The notes beneath the pieces were generated by a model. It searched no databases. It was given only the letters and a program-made list of their open reading frames with translations, and was not told the origin of the DNA. From a virus (lineage: Duplodnaviria > Caudoviricetes), in IMG/VR virus record IMGVR_UViG_3300048578_000127, positions 1-26,831 of that record: DNA of 26,831 bases, one strand, 5' to 3'. Both the position numbers and the translations under genes were made by a program. Below are positions 1 through 6,961 of the stretch, piece after piece; within the stretch, counting starts at the first letter, position 1, and every line of letters starts with the position of its first letter.

Positions 1-104
1 TTGACGGAGGCCTCGGCGAAGACCGCGAGCGCGATCGGAGCCCAGGCCCAGAGCGGCACGCGCCAGGTTTGTCGCGCGGCCGCGGGTGTGCTATGCGTAT
101 GCAT
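1..104 (-). CDS. N-terminus of a membrane protein, truncated by the window edge (MHTHSTPAAARQTWRVPLWAWAPIALAVFAEASV...)
   Basis: ATG at 104 on the minus strand, preceded by a GGAAAGGA Shine-Dalgarno; hydrophobic segment; a sigma70-like promoter lies upstream. Not in the ORF track. Confidence 0.65.
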   Translation of the reverse strand, partial: MHTHSTPAAARQTWRVPLWAWAPIALAVFAEASV

Positions 105-143
105 GTCAAAGATCCTTTCCTTACCAGTTTGGGTTCAGACACG

Positions 144-177
144 GGCCGGGGCTGTTGACGCAGCCGCCGGCCTTTTT
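144..177 (+). terminator. Hairpin plus T-tract (intrinsic terminator on the + strand, or a leader hairpin of the leftward transcript)
   Basis: GGCCGGGGCTG-TTGACG-CAGCC(G)CCGGCC followed by TTTTT. Confidence 0.55.
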
Positions 178-213
178 CGTGTTGAGATGGGTTTTTAGCC
201 CAGCTCAGTTCAT

Positions 214-242
214 AATCTAATCGAAAATGGACAAAATGTCCA
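214..242 (-). promoter_or_regulatory. Leftward sigma70-type promoter
   Basis: Minus strand TGGACA (242-237), 17-bp spacer, TAGATT (219-214). Confidence 0.6.
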
Positions 243-276
243 TGCAAAATCGGACTGGTATTGACATTTTGTCCAG
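227..276. promoter_or_regulatory. Two 17-bp palindromic operators overlapping divergent -35 boxes
   Basis: ATGGACA-AAA-TGTCCAT (227-243) is a perfect inverted repeat. ATTGACATTTTGTCCAG (260-276) matches its reverse complement at 15/17 and contains TTGACA (261-266). Confidence 0.7.
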
Positions 277-297
277 TTTCGTGCTCATTTGCGGCGT

Positions 298-492
298 ATG
301 AGCAACACTGTTTCACGTCTGCGCGCTTTGGCCGGGTCTCAGGCCAATGCCGCGCGCGCCCTTGGCCTCACCGAGCGGCAGTTGTCGCGCATCTCGACGG
401 GCGAAAGCCCGGTGCCCGAGTACATTGAGGCCATCGTGGAACTGCTCGAGGCGCTGCCGCCGAAGGACTGGCCGGAGAGGTGGAGGAAGTGA
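298..492 (+). CDS. Small Cro/XRE-type helix-turn-helix regulator, probably leaderless
   Basis: SQANAARALGLTERQLSRISTGESPVP is a typical XRE HTH; ATG at 298 has no SD and lies about 30 nt after TTGACA. Confidence 0.8.
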   Translation: MSNTVSRLRALAGSQANAARALGLTERQLSRISTGESPVPEYIEAIVELLEALPPKDWPERWRK

Positions 493-594
493 TCCAGCAC
501 AGCGGGCTGCGGTAATATTCTGGGGAAAACGTCTCTCTACTGATGGGCTCCTATTGCTCCGCACCCTAACCTTTCGCTTTTGCGGGGGCACGAG

Positions 595-978
595 ATGGCA
601 CGGGGAATTGCGGTAACGGCGCTCATGCTGGCGCTGGCCGGTTGCGCCACGATCATGGAAGGCACGAGCCAGACGATTATCGTCGATGTCGTGCCGGCTC
701 ACGGGCGCTGCGAAGTTCTGAGAGACGGCGTGGCGCTGGGGCAATCGTCACCGGGCTCCCGCGCGGTCTCGGTTTCCAAATCAAAGAGCGATCTCTTGTT
801 CAACTGCACGGCCGAAGGCTACCCGGCAAAAAGCCAGACGCTTTCCTCGGCGCTCGCAGCAGCGACGGTTGCGAGCTTCTTCCTGCTGGACTTCGGGCTG
901 GTGGACGCCGCAACCGGCGCTTGGATGAAGTACCCCGAGCGGGTGACGATCGTGATGGACAAGGGTGGTCAATCATGA
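595..978 (+). CDS. Lipoprotein of unknown function (moron-like)
   Basis: MARGIAVTALMLALAGC lipobox; beta-rich domain; C-terminal hydrophobic stretch ending DAATGAWMKYP. Confidence 0.8.
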   Translation: MARGIAVTALMLALAGCATIMEGTSQTIIVDVVPAHGRCEVLRDGVALGQSSPGSRAVSVSKSKSDLLFNCTAEGYPAKSQTLSSALAAATVASFFLLDFGLVDAATGAWMKYPERVTIVMDKGGQS

Positions 979-1370
979 CCGGTTCGCAGGAGGAGATCTG
1001 GGAGGAGCGCCGCAGGCCCCGGTCCGGTTTCGGCAAGCTGCTCAAGTGGGGCTTCATCCTGTTCAATCTATGGATGCTGGCCGAGCTCGCCATGCTGTTC
1101 TCGCGCGTCGAGCATGTTCGCGGCCAGTATCGCGACAACGGCTTCGCGCAGCTCGGCATCAATGCGGTCGCCAACACGAGGCTGAACGAGATCTTCGTGA
1201 TCTGGGCGATCGGGGCCGTGATCCTCGGCGCTGGGGTGCTGGCCACGCGCGGCAAGAAGCAGATGGTGCGCATGACGGGCGCGGGTGAGGCCCCTGCCGC
1301 CGCCGACGATCACTGGCGGCCGAGCGCGGAGGCGCAGGCGTTGATCGAGAGAGGGAGCGACAATGGCTGA
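975..1370 (+). CDS. Two-TM membrane protein
   Basis: ATGA overlap with the upstream stop; hydrophobic segments LLKWGFILFNLWMLAELAMLF and IFVIWAIGAVILGAGVLAT. Confidence 0.75.
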   Translation: MTGSQEEIWEERRRPRSGFGKLLKWGFILFNLWMLAELAMLFSRVEHVRGQYRDNGFAQLGINAVANTRLNEIFVIWAIGAVILGAGVLATRGKKQMVRMTGAGEAPAAADDHWRPSAEAQALIERGSDNG

Positions 1371-1515
1371 ATGGCTAGAGATCGCATTCGTGGCCTTGGG
1401 CGTGGGGTTTGCTTGGGGTTTAGCTGATCGAGCTAGAATGGCAATTGTGACTAAATTGACTCAGCGAAAACCTAACGAGACTGCGATCACCGCCGTGCGG
1501 TCGAAAGTGCATTGA
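1363..1515 (+). CDS. 50-aa single-TM small protein (MAEWLEIAFVALGVGFAWGLADRARMAIVTKLTQRKPNETAITAVRSKVH)
   Basis: GAGAGGGAG SD; 8-nt overlap with the upstream gene; N-terminal hydrophobic helix; below the ORF-track size cutoff. Confidence 0.55.
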   Translation: MAEWLEIAFVALGVGFAWGLADRARMAIVTKLTQRKPNETAITAVRSKVH

Positions 1516-1563
1516 CCCGTGCAGTGCAGTTAAGACATACATTTTCCTAGATTACGAATCATG

Positions 1564-1594
1564 GCCCGGAGGGAATCACCCTGCCGGGCTTTTG
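1564..1594 (+). terminator. Intrinsic terminator-like hairpin at the start of the late operon
   Basis: GCCCGG-A-GGG-AATCA-CCC-TG-CCGGGC followed by TTTTG, just after an AT-rich promoter-like tract (1512-1560). Confidence 0.5.
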
Positions 1595-1611
1595 CATTTC
1601 CGGGGGCGGTC

Positions 1612-1806
1612 ATGGCTGAGTTGGCCGAGTTGAACATGAAGCTGACCTGCAATTCCGGAGTGGTTCGCGCCGTCCTCGAGGATTGTCAGATCCTGCTTGC
1701 CCATGGCGCTGGTGCCCGTGTGATCGCGAAGCGATTGGGTGTCGAAGCCGACTATGACCGTCTCATTGCCAGCCTCATGGAGCCCGCGGAGAAGCCCGCT
1801 GCCTGA
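1612..1806 (+). CDS. Small hypothetical protein with an HTH-like segment
   Basis: ATG at 1612 after a G-rich SD; LLAHGAGARVIAKRLGV; stop overlaps the probable HNH start. Confidence 0.55.
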   Translation: MAELAELNMKLTCNSGVVRAVLEDCQILLAHGAGARVIAKRLGVEADYDRLIASLMEPAEKPAA

Positions 1807-2212
1807 TGCTCCGCCGCGCTATTCCCCGTTCGCAGGTCTCCGGAAGGCTGGCCTGCTGCGGCCGGCGACCTACGAAAGGGACAAGCGGCGCGGAACGGCC
1901 CATGAGCGCGGCTATGACAGCCGGTGGCAAAAGACGAGCCGAGGCTATCTCGACAAGCATCCGCTCTGCGTCGCCTCGAAAGCCAACGGGATCATCCGGG
2001 CGGCGACGCTGGTCGATCACATCATTCCGCATCGCGGCGACAAGAAGCTCTTCTGGGACCCAACCAACTGGCAGGCCCTCAGCGACGAGGCCCACAACAC
2101 CATCAAGAAGATTCTCGAGGTGCGGTGGGACCAGGGCCTGATCTCGGCCGCCGAGCTTCGGCTTGATCGCCCGCTGCCCGAGTTCTTCGCGCTACCCCCA
2201 GGGGGGGTGTGA
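1799..2212 (+). CDS. Terminase-associated HNH endonuclease (HK97 gp74-like); start uncertain (CTG 1799 or upstream 1739)
   Basis: RGTAHERGYDSRWQK...HPLC...VDHIIPHRGDKKLFWDPTNWQAL..HN; immediately upstream of terS. Confidence 0.9.
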   Translation: MPDAPPRYSPFAGLRKAGLLRPATYERDKRRGTAHERGYDSRWQKTSRGYLDKHPLCVASKANGIIRAATLVDHIIPHRGDKKLFWDPTNWQALSDEAHNTIKKILEVRWDQGLISAAELRLDRPLPEFFALPPGGV

Positions 2213-2300
2213 AATCATATGCCTCTCCCGCCCCCAGACCGCGCGTTTCCCACAAAAAAAGGGGGCGCAGGTTTTTGGGCGTGATTATTTTTTCTAGAAG
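2196..2300. other. Probable cos (cohesive end/packaging) region
   Basis: Gap between HNH and terS with a G-run, AGACCGCGCG and A/T tracts, the usual position and layout in HK97-type cos phages; exact nick site not determinable. Confidence 0.5.
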
Positions 2301-2326
2301 GTCGAATTCGGCCGGGGATGTGACGC

Positions 2327-2944
2327 GTGGGAAAGCGGGGACCGAAGCCGAAGTCGGCAGAACTTGAGTCAGCTCAAGGCTTTCCAGGGCGCCGCAAGAA
2401 AAAGACAAAAGCCGTTCTCGAAGAAAAGACGCCTCCGGATGACATACAAGACGAAGCGCGCGATTCCGCCTTCGTTCCGCCCGCTCCCGGCTATCTCACG
2501 AAAACGGCACGCCGCATTTGGAGTGAACTCTTCTCCGACCCCTCGACCCGGCTTTGGTTCAAGAATTCCGACCATCGCATCCTCGCCCGCTACTGCAGCC
2601 TGATGGCGGTGCACGAGACCACGATGCGGCGACCGCCGCAGCCGACCTACGAGATCGTCAAGGAAACGCCCGGCGATGACGATGCGCCGCCCACGAAATC
2701 CGTCGCGATCAAGCGCAACCCCGCCTATGACCAGATGCTGGCGACGATGCGTGAGCTCCGCGCGATCGAGCAACTGATCGGCGCGAGCCCTGCGGGTCGT
2801 CTCGGTCTTGAGAGCAAGCTCGGCACCGATCGCGGCAAGAAACAACCGGCGACGCCTCAATCGACCGCGCAGAGCGGTGGCCATCGGCCTGCCGGACCTC
2901 TCGGCGCTCTCAAACCGCAATCGCAACGATCGAACATGAATTGA
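2327..2944 (+). CDS. terS: Terminase small subunit (P27-like family)
   Basis: MGKRGPKPK start, PPAPGYLTKTARRIW, ILARYC, KRNPA, GASPAGR motifs; synteny. Confidence 0.88.
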   Translation: MGKRGPKPKSAELESAQGFPGRRKKKTKAVLEEKTPPDDIQDEARDSAFVPPAPGYLTKTARRIWSELFSDPSTRLWFKNSDHRILARYCSLMAVHETTMRRPPQPTYEIVKETPGDDDAPPTKSVAIKRNPAYDQMLATMRELRAIEQLIGASPAGRLGLESKLGTDRGKKQPATPQSTAQSGGHRPAGPLGALKPQSQRSNMN

Positions 2945-2963
2945 CGGCTGCCGCGGCGGCCCG

Positions 2964-4655
2964 GTGCCGCGCGCGAACATGCAGAGACTCGGCAAGCAGC
3001 CAGACCCGGCCCGGAAGCTGAAGCCGGGCGAACCTCGCTACCATTCTCTCTGGCGACCAAAACCGCCTGGCGCCTATTACGACGCTGACACGGCCGAATC
3101 CGCTGTCGCGTTCTTTCCTGCATATTGCCGTTTTACTGAGGACGAGTGGGCCGGCCACCCGTTCACGCTGCAACAGTGGCAAGCCGACTGGATCATCCGG
3201 CCCGCGTTCGGGTGGAAGCGTGCGGACGGCACTCGCCTTTACAGGCGGGTGATGATCTGGATCCCGCGCAAAAACGGCAAGACGGCGCTGATCGCGGGCG
3301 TCTCACACCTGCTTCTTCTCGGGGATGCGGTGCGGGGTGCCGAATGTTACTCGATCGCGTCGTCGGGCGATCAGGCGCGCCTCGTGTTCGAGGCCGCTTC
3401 GAACATGATCGCCTACTCGCCGGATCTCGCCGAGCAGTACGAGGCATTTGAGGAGAGCTTGTACGTCCGCGCGACGATGTCGCGCTTCGAGTTCCTGACC
3501 GGAAAGCCACGCGGCAAGCACGGTCTGAAGACGACCTACCTTATCGGCGACGAGGTGCACGAGTGGGCCACCAACAGGCTCTACACCTACGTGCGCCAGG
3601 CCATGAAGTCGCGCAAGGAGCCGATGGAATGGCTGATCTCGACGGCCGGCGTCGAGGACGGCTACGGCGTCGAGCTGTGGGACGAAAGCCTCAAGATCTG
3701 CGAGGGCGCGTTCGACGACCCCGAGACGCTGGTGCTGATCTGGTGCGCGCCGCCCACGATCAAGGATGAGGATCTCTACACCGAGCGCACGCAGCGCGAG
3801 GCCAACCCGAACTACGGCATCTCCATCCGGCCGGATGCGATCGCCAAAGAGGCCCGCGAAGCCAAGCAATCGACGCGCTCGGAGAACGACTACAAGCGCT
3901 ACACGCTCAACATCTGGGTCGGCCAGGACGAGCGCTGGCTGCCGATGCCGTCGTGGAACGCCTGCACGCAGGGCGGCCCCGATAGCTGGAAGGAAATCGC
4001 CGACCGGATGGCCGGCCGGAAGTGTTGGGGCGGTCTCGACCTCGCCAGCACCAAGGACTTCAACGCCCTGCTCTGGACCTTTCCGCCGGAGAACGAGGAC
4101 GACCCGAACGAGCGATGGGTTTGGCTGCCGCGGTTCTGGTGGCCGAAGGCGTCGATGAAGCTCGCGGCGTCCAAGTCTCGCGTGCCGTTCGAGGAGTGGG
4201 AGCGGGCAGGCGCGTTCGTCGCGACGCCGGGTAACACCGCAGATCACGGTGCGATCGAGGAGCAGATCGAGGCGGACTGCAGCCGGTTCGACGTGCAGGG
4301 CCTCGGCATCGATCTGTTCAACGCTCATTCGGTCGCGCAGAACCTCGTCGCCAAGAATGTTCCGGTGGAGCTGATCCGCTTCGGCATGCTGTCGATGTCG
4401 AGCCCATCGAAGTTGCTCGAGCGGCTCGTGCTCGAGCAGCGGTTGGACCACGGCGGACAGCCGGTGCTGCGGTGGATGGCGTCGAATGTCGCGATCCGCC
4501 GCGACAGCAGCGAGAACTACATGCCCTGTAAGCAAGCCTCGGCCAACAAGATCGACGGCATCGCGGCGGGTGTGATGTCGCTCGCGATGGCCGGGCGCGA
4601 GCCTGCACCGCGTTCGTATCTGGAATCCGGCGAGCTTTTGATTTTGCCCCTCTGA
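2964..4655 (+). CDS. terL: Terminase large subunit (HK97-like)
   Basis: Walker A IPRKNGKT, Walker B LIGDEVHE, ISTAG, nuclease motifs GGLDLAS and KIDG. Confidence 0.97.
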   Translation: MPRANMQRLGKQPDPARKLKPGEPRYHSLWRPKPPGAYYDADTAESAVAFFPAYCRFTEDEWAGHPFTLQQWQADWIIRPAFGWKRADGTRLYRRVMIWIPRKNGKTALIAGVSHLLLLGDAVRGAECYSIASSGDQARLVFEAASNMIAYSPDLAEQYEAFEESLYVRATMSRFEFLTGKPRGKHGLKTTYLIGDEVHEWATNRLYTYVRQAMKSRKEPMEWLISTAGVEDGYGVELWDESLKICEGAFDDPETLVLIWCAPPTIKDEDLYTERTQREANPNYGISIRPDAIAKEAREAKQSTRSENDYKRYTLNIWVGQDERWLPMPSWNACTQGGPDSWKEIADRMAGRKCWGGLDLASTKDFNALLWTFPPENEDDPNERWVWLPRFWWPKASMKLAASKSRVPFEEWERAGAFVATPGNTADHGAIEEQIEADCSRFDVQGLGIDLFNAHSVAQNLVAKNVPVELIRFGMLSMSSPSKLLERLVLEQRLDHGGQPVLRWMASNVAIRRDSSENYMPCKQASANKIDGIAAGVMSLAMAGREPAPRSYLESGELLILPL

Positions 4656-4668
4656 AGGAGCATCGCGC

Positions 4669-5100
4669 ATGTATGCCTTCGTTCCGAAGATAGCCGCTCA
4701 GTCCGCCGCGAAACGCCGAGCCGCGACTTCTCCGGCGCGCCGCGGCCGCGCACCGGCTTGCAAGGACCTGGTGTCGATCCTGACCGCGCTCGGCACGGGT
4801 GCTCTTGCGGCCGGCGGCATCGCGGGTGTGATCGCGGCCGTCGGATACGGCGCCGGTCTCACGGCAGATGCTTACAACGCTGTCGTCGCCTGGCTTTACG
4901 ACGAGCGCTCCGCCATCGAAAGCCGCCTGTCGGATCTCTACCTCCGCTACGGCGAAATCGAGCTCGATCTCCGGGACGGCGCCGACCCGGCGCTCGAGCA
5001 GGAGCTGCAGGACATCAAGACGGAAATCGCCGATCTCGAGGAGCGCCTCGGTCAGATCGCGCAGGCCGAATCCGAAGCTGCCTCCGCTGTCGCCGCCTGA
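4669..5100 (+). CDS. Unknown head-region protein: basic leader, Gly/Ala hydrophobic segment, acidic coiled coil
   Basis: AAGGAG SD; TGATG coupling to portal; GC-rich third codon positions. Confidence 0.8.
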   Translation: MYAFVPKIAAQSAAKRRAATSPARRGRAPACKDLVSILTALGTGALAAGGIAGVIAAVGYGAGLTADAYNAVVAWLYDERSAIESRLSDLYLRYGEIELDLRDGADPALEQELQDIKTEIADLEERLGQIAQAESEAASAVAA

Positions 5101-6503
5101 TGCCGCAAGCGACCACACCTACGCTGCTCGAGCAGGCGAGCACGCCCTGGTTCGCGCCCGGTGACGCCATCGGCGTCGCGGACTACGGACCGGGCGAATC
5201 CAAGATGTTCACGGCCGAGGAGGAGGAGATTCTGCTCGGCGGCAATTCCGGGATCACCAAGTCCGGCCAATGGATCGGGCCGGAGCAGGCGCTCCGCATC
5301 TCGACGGCCTACGCCTGCCGGCGTGTGATCAGCGAGGACATCGCCAAGATGGCCCGCCGCGTCGTGCGCGTCACCTACGACGAACGGGGCCGCGAGCGCA
5401 CCGCCGTGGTCCACGATCACCCTGTGCACGACTTGCTCACCGTGCGCCCGAACGACTGGATGACGCCGTTCGAATTCGTGCAGTACATGGTGGCCATCTC
5501 CACCTTCCACGAGGCGGCCTACGCGCTCATCCAGCGAGACCGCTTCGGCAATTTGACCGAGCTGCTGCCCCTGCTGCCGGGCACCTGCGCGCCGGAGGTC
5601 GATCCCCGCTGGGATGTCTCCTATCGCGTCACCGGCTACGGCATGAACCTGCTGTTACAGCCCGGCGAGATCTTCGTGCTGCGCGGGCCGATGGCGGACC
5701 CCTGGCACGGGCATAACACCATCGCGCTCGCCAAGGAGGCGGTCGGCCTCGCAGCCGCCATCGAGGCGAGCCAGGCGCGCTTCCACGCCAACGACCTCCG
5801 CCCGTCCGGCGTGCTCTCGTCGGCGAAAACGATCGAGCAGCCCATGCGCGAGAAGATCCGCCAGGCTTGGCAGGAGGCCTACGGGCCAGGCGGCAAGGGC
5901 GGCATCGCCATTCTCGATGCGGAGTTCAAGTTCGACGCGATGACCGTCGAGGGCGCGAAGCAGGAGGTGATCGAGAACCGCAAGTTCCAGGTGTCCGACA
6001 CCTGCCGCTTCTTCCGCGTGTTCCCGCAGATCATCGGCCACAACGACGGCAGCCAGGCCTACGCCTCGGTCGAGAATATGTTCACGGCTCACGGCAGCCA
6101 TTGCCTGCAGCCGTGGGCCGAGCGCTTCGAGGAGGCGGCCACGCTCTCGATGCTGTCGGAGCAGGAGATCCGGCAGGGCCTCCGCGTCGATCTCGACATG
6201 GACGCCGTCGTGCGCGGCACCACCTCGGATCGCGTGAAGATCTACAAGGACGCCGTCACCATCTACATGACGCCGAACGAGATCCGGGTGCGCGAAGGGC
6301 TCGACCCCATCGACGACCCCGCCATGGACCGCGTGCAGCTCCCCGCCAACAACACCGGCCTCAAGCCCGCTCTCGGCGGGCCGGTCGACGGCGGCGCCCT
6401 CGATCCCGAGCCCGACAAACCGCGTCTTCCTCCGCCCGCGCCGCGCAAGCCGCCGGTGTGGGAGGACGAGGATCAGCGCTTCCGTCCCAACCGCGCGAGG
6501 TAA
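5100..6503 (+). CDS. Phage portal protein, HK97 family
   Basis: ALRISTAYACRRVISEDIAK, LLTVRPNDWMT, RFFRVFP, MTPNEIRVREGLDP; start at ATG 5100 overlapping the upstream TGA. Confidence 0.95.
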   Translation: MPQATTPTLLEQASTPWFAPGDAIGVADYGPGESKMFTAEEEEILLGGNSGITKSGQWIGPEQALRISTAYACRRVISEDIAKMARRVVRVTYDERGRERTAVVHDHPVHDLLTVRPNDWMTPFEFVQYMVAISTFHEAAYALIQRDRFGNLTELLPLLPGTCAPEVDPRWDVSYRVTGYGMNLLLQPGEIFVLRGPMADPWHGHNTIALAKEAVGLAAAIEASQARFHANDLRPSGVLSSAKTIEQPMREKIRQAWQEAYGPGGKGGIAILDAEFKFDAMTVEGAKQEVIENRKFQVSDTCRFFRVFPQIIGHNDGSQAYASVENMFTAHGSHCLQPWAERFEEAATLSMLSEQEIRQGLRVDLDMDAVVRGTTSDRVKIYKDAVTIYMTPNEIRVREGLDPIDDPAMDRVQLPANNTGLKPALGGPVDGGALDPEPDKPRLPPPAPRKPPVWEDEDQRFRPNRAR

Positions 6504-6505
6504 CT

Positions 6506-6697
6506 ATGCACGACTATCTTCTCCAGTTCTTCGCCTACGAGCATCTGCCGCCGCACCTGCAGGCGATCAGTAAGCCGTTCGGCGACCTCGCGCACAAGAT
6601 TGCCGAGACGTTGCCGTCAAATCCCGAGCGAACCATGGCCTTGCGGAAGTTGCTCGAGGCCAAGGACTGCGCCGTTCGCGCTCATCTCTTCAAATAG
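6506..6697 (+). CDS. 63-aa helical-hairpin protein, Acb2/Tad1-hairpin-like
   Basis: GAGGT SD; MHDYLLQFFAYEHLPPHLQAISKPFGDLA...PSNPERTMALRKLLEAKDCAVRA. CDS well supported; family call from remembered motif similarity. Confidence 0.7.
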   Translation: MHDYLLQFFAYEHLPPHLQAISKPFGDLAHKIAETLPSNPERTMALRKLLEAKDCAVRAHLFK

Positions 6698-6702
6698 CCG
6701 CC

Positions 6703-6939
6703 ATGCACAGCGTTTCCCACACCGCCCGCGCCTTTGCGCCGACGCTCGTCACTACGCAGGCCATCCTCGCCAACGGCCCGACCGTCGAGGATCTGGAGCG
6801 GCTGGCCGGCGATCTCGACCGGTTCGGCGCCGATCTCCTCGCCGCTGCCGACGCGACCGAGGCCGATCTGCCGGAGCCGTTGGTCGCCTCGCTCGAAACC
6901 GCCGTCGGCGCCGTGCAATCCGCGTTGAACCCGCACTGA
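6703..6939 (+). CDS. 78-aa acidic helical hypothetical protein
   Basis: Fills the gap between neighbours; GC-rich third codon positions. Confidence 0.65.
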   Translation: MHSVSHTARAFAPTLVTTQAILANGPTVEDLERLAGDLDRFGADLLAAADATEADLPEPLVASLETAVGAVQSALNPH

Positions 6940-6961
6940 ACCCCAACATCCGGAGACGTCC

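Noticed and set aside
1-198. 65-aa + strand ORF at the window start
   Set aside because: It crosses a terminator-like hairpin; the minus-strand frame has the SD, the promoter and a plausible TM sequence.
1530-1544. Possible CtrA box (TTAA-N7-TTAA)
   Set aside because: Only one half-site matches (TTAA-N7-ATTT).
4758-5099. ORF-track N-terminal extensions of portal, and likewise the starts at 642, 5867, 11648, 12363, 17324, 23778 and 24844
   Set aside because: They overlap genuine upstream genes; real starts are at coupled or SD-preceded ATGs (5100, 975, 6506, 11708, 12612, 17651, 24342, 25138).
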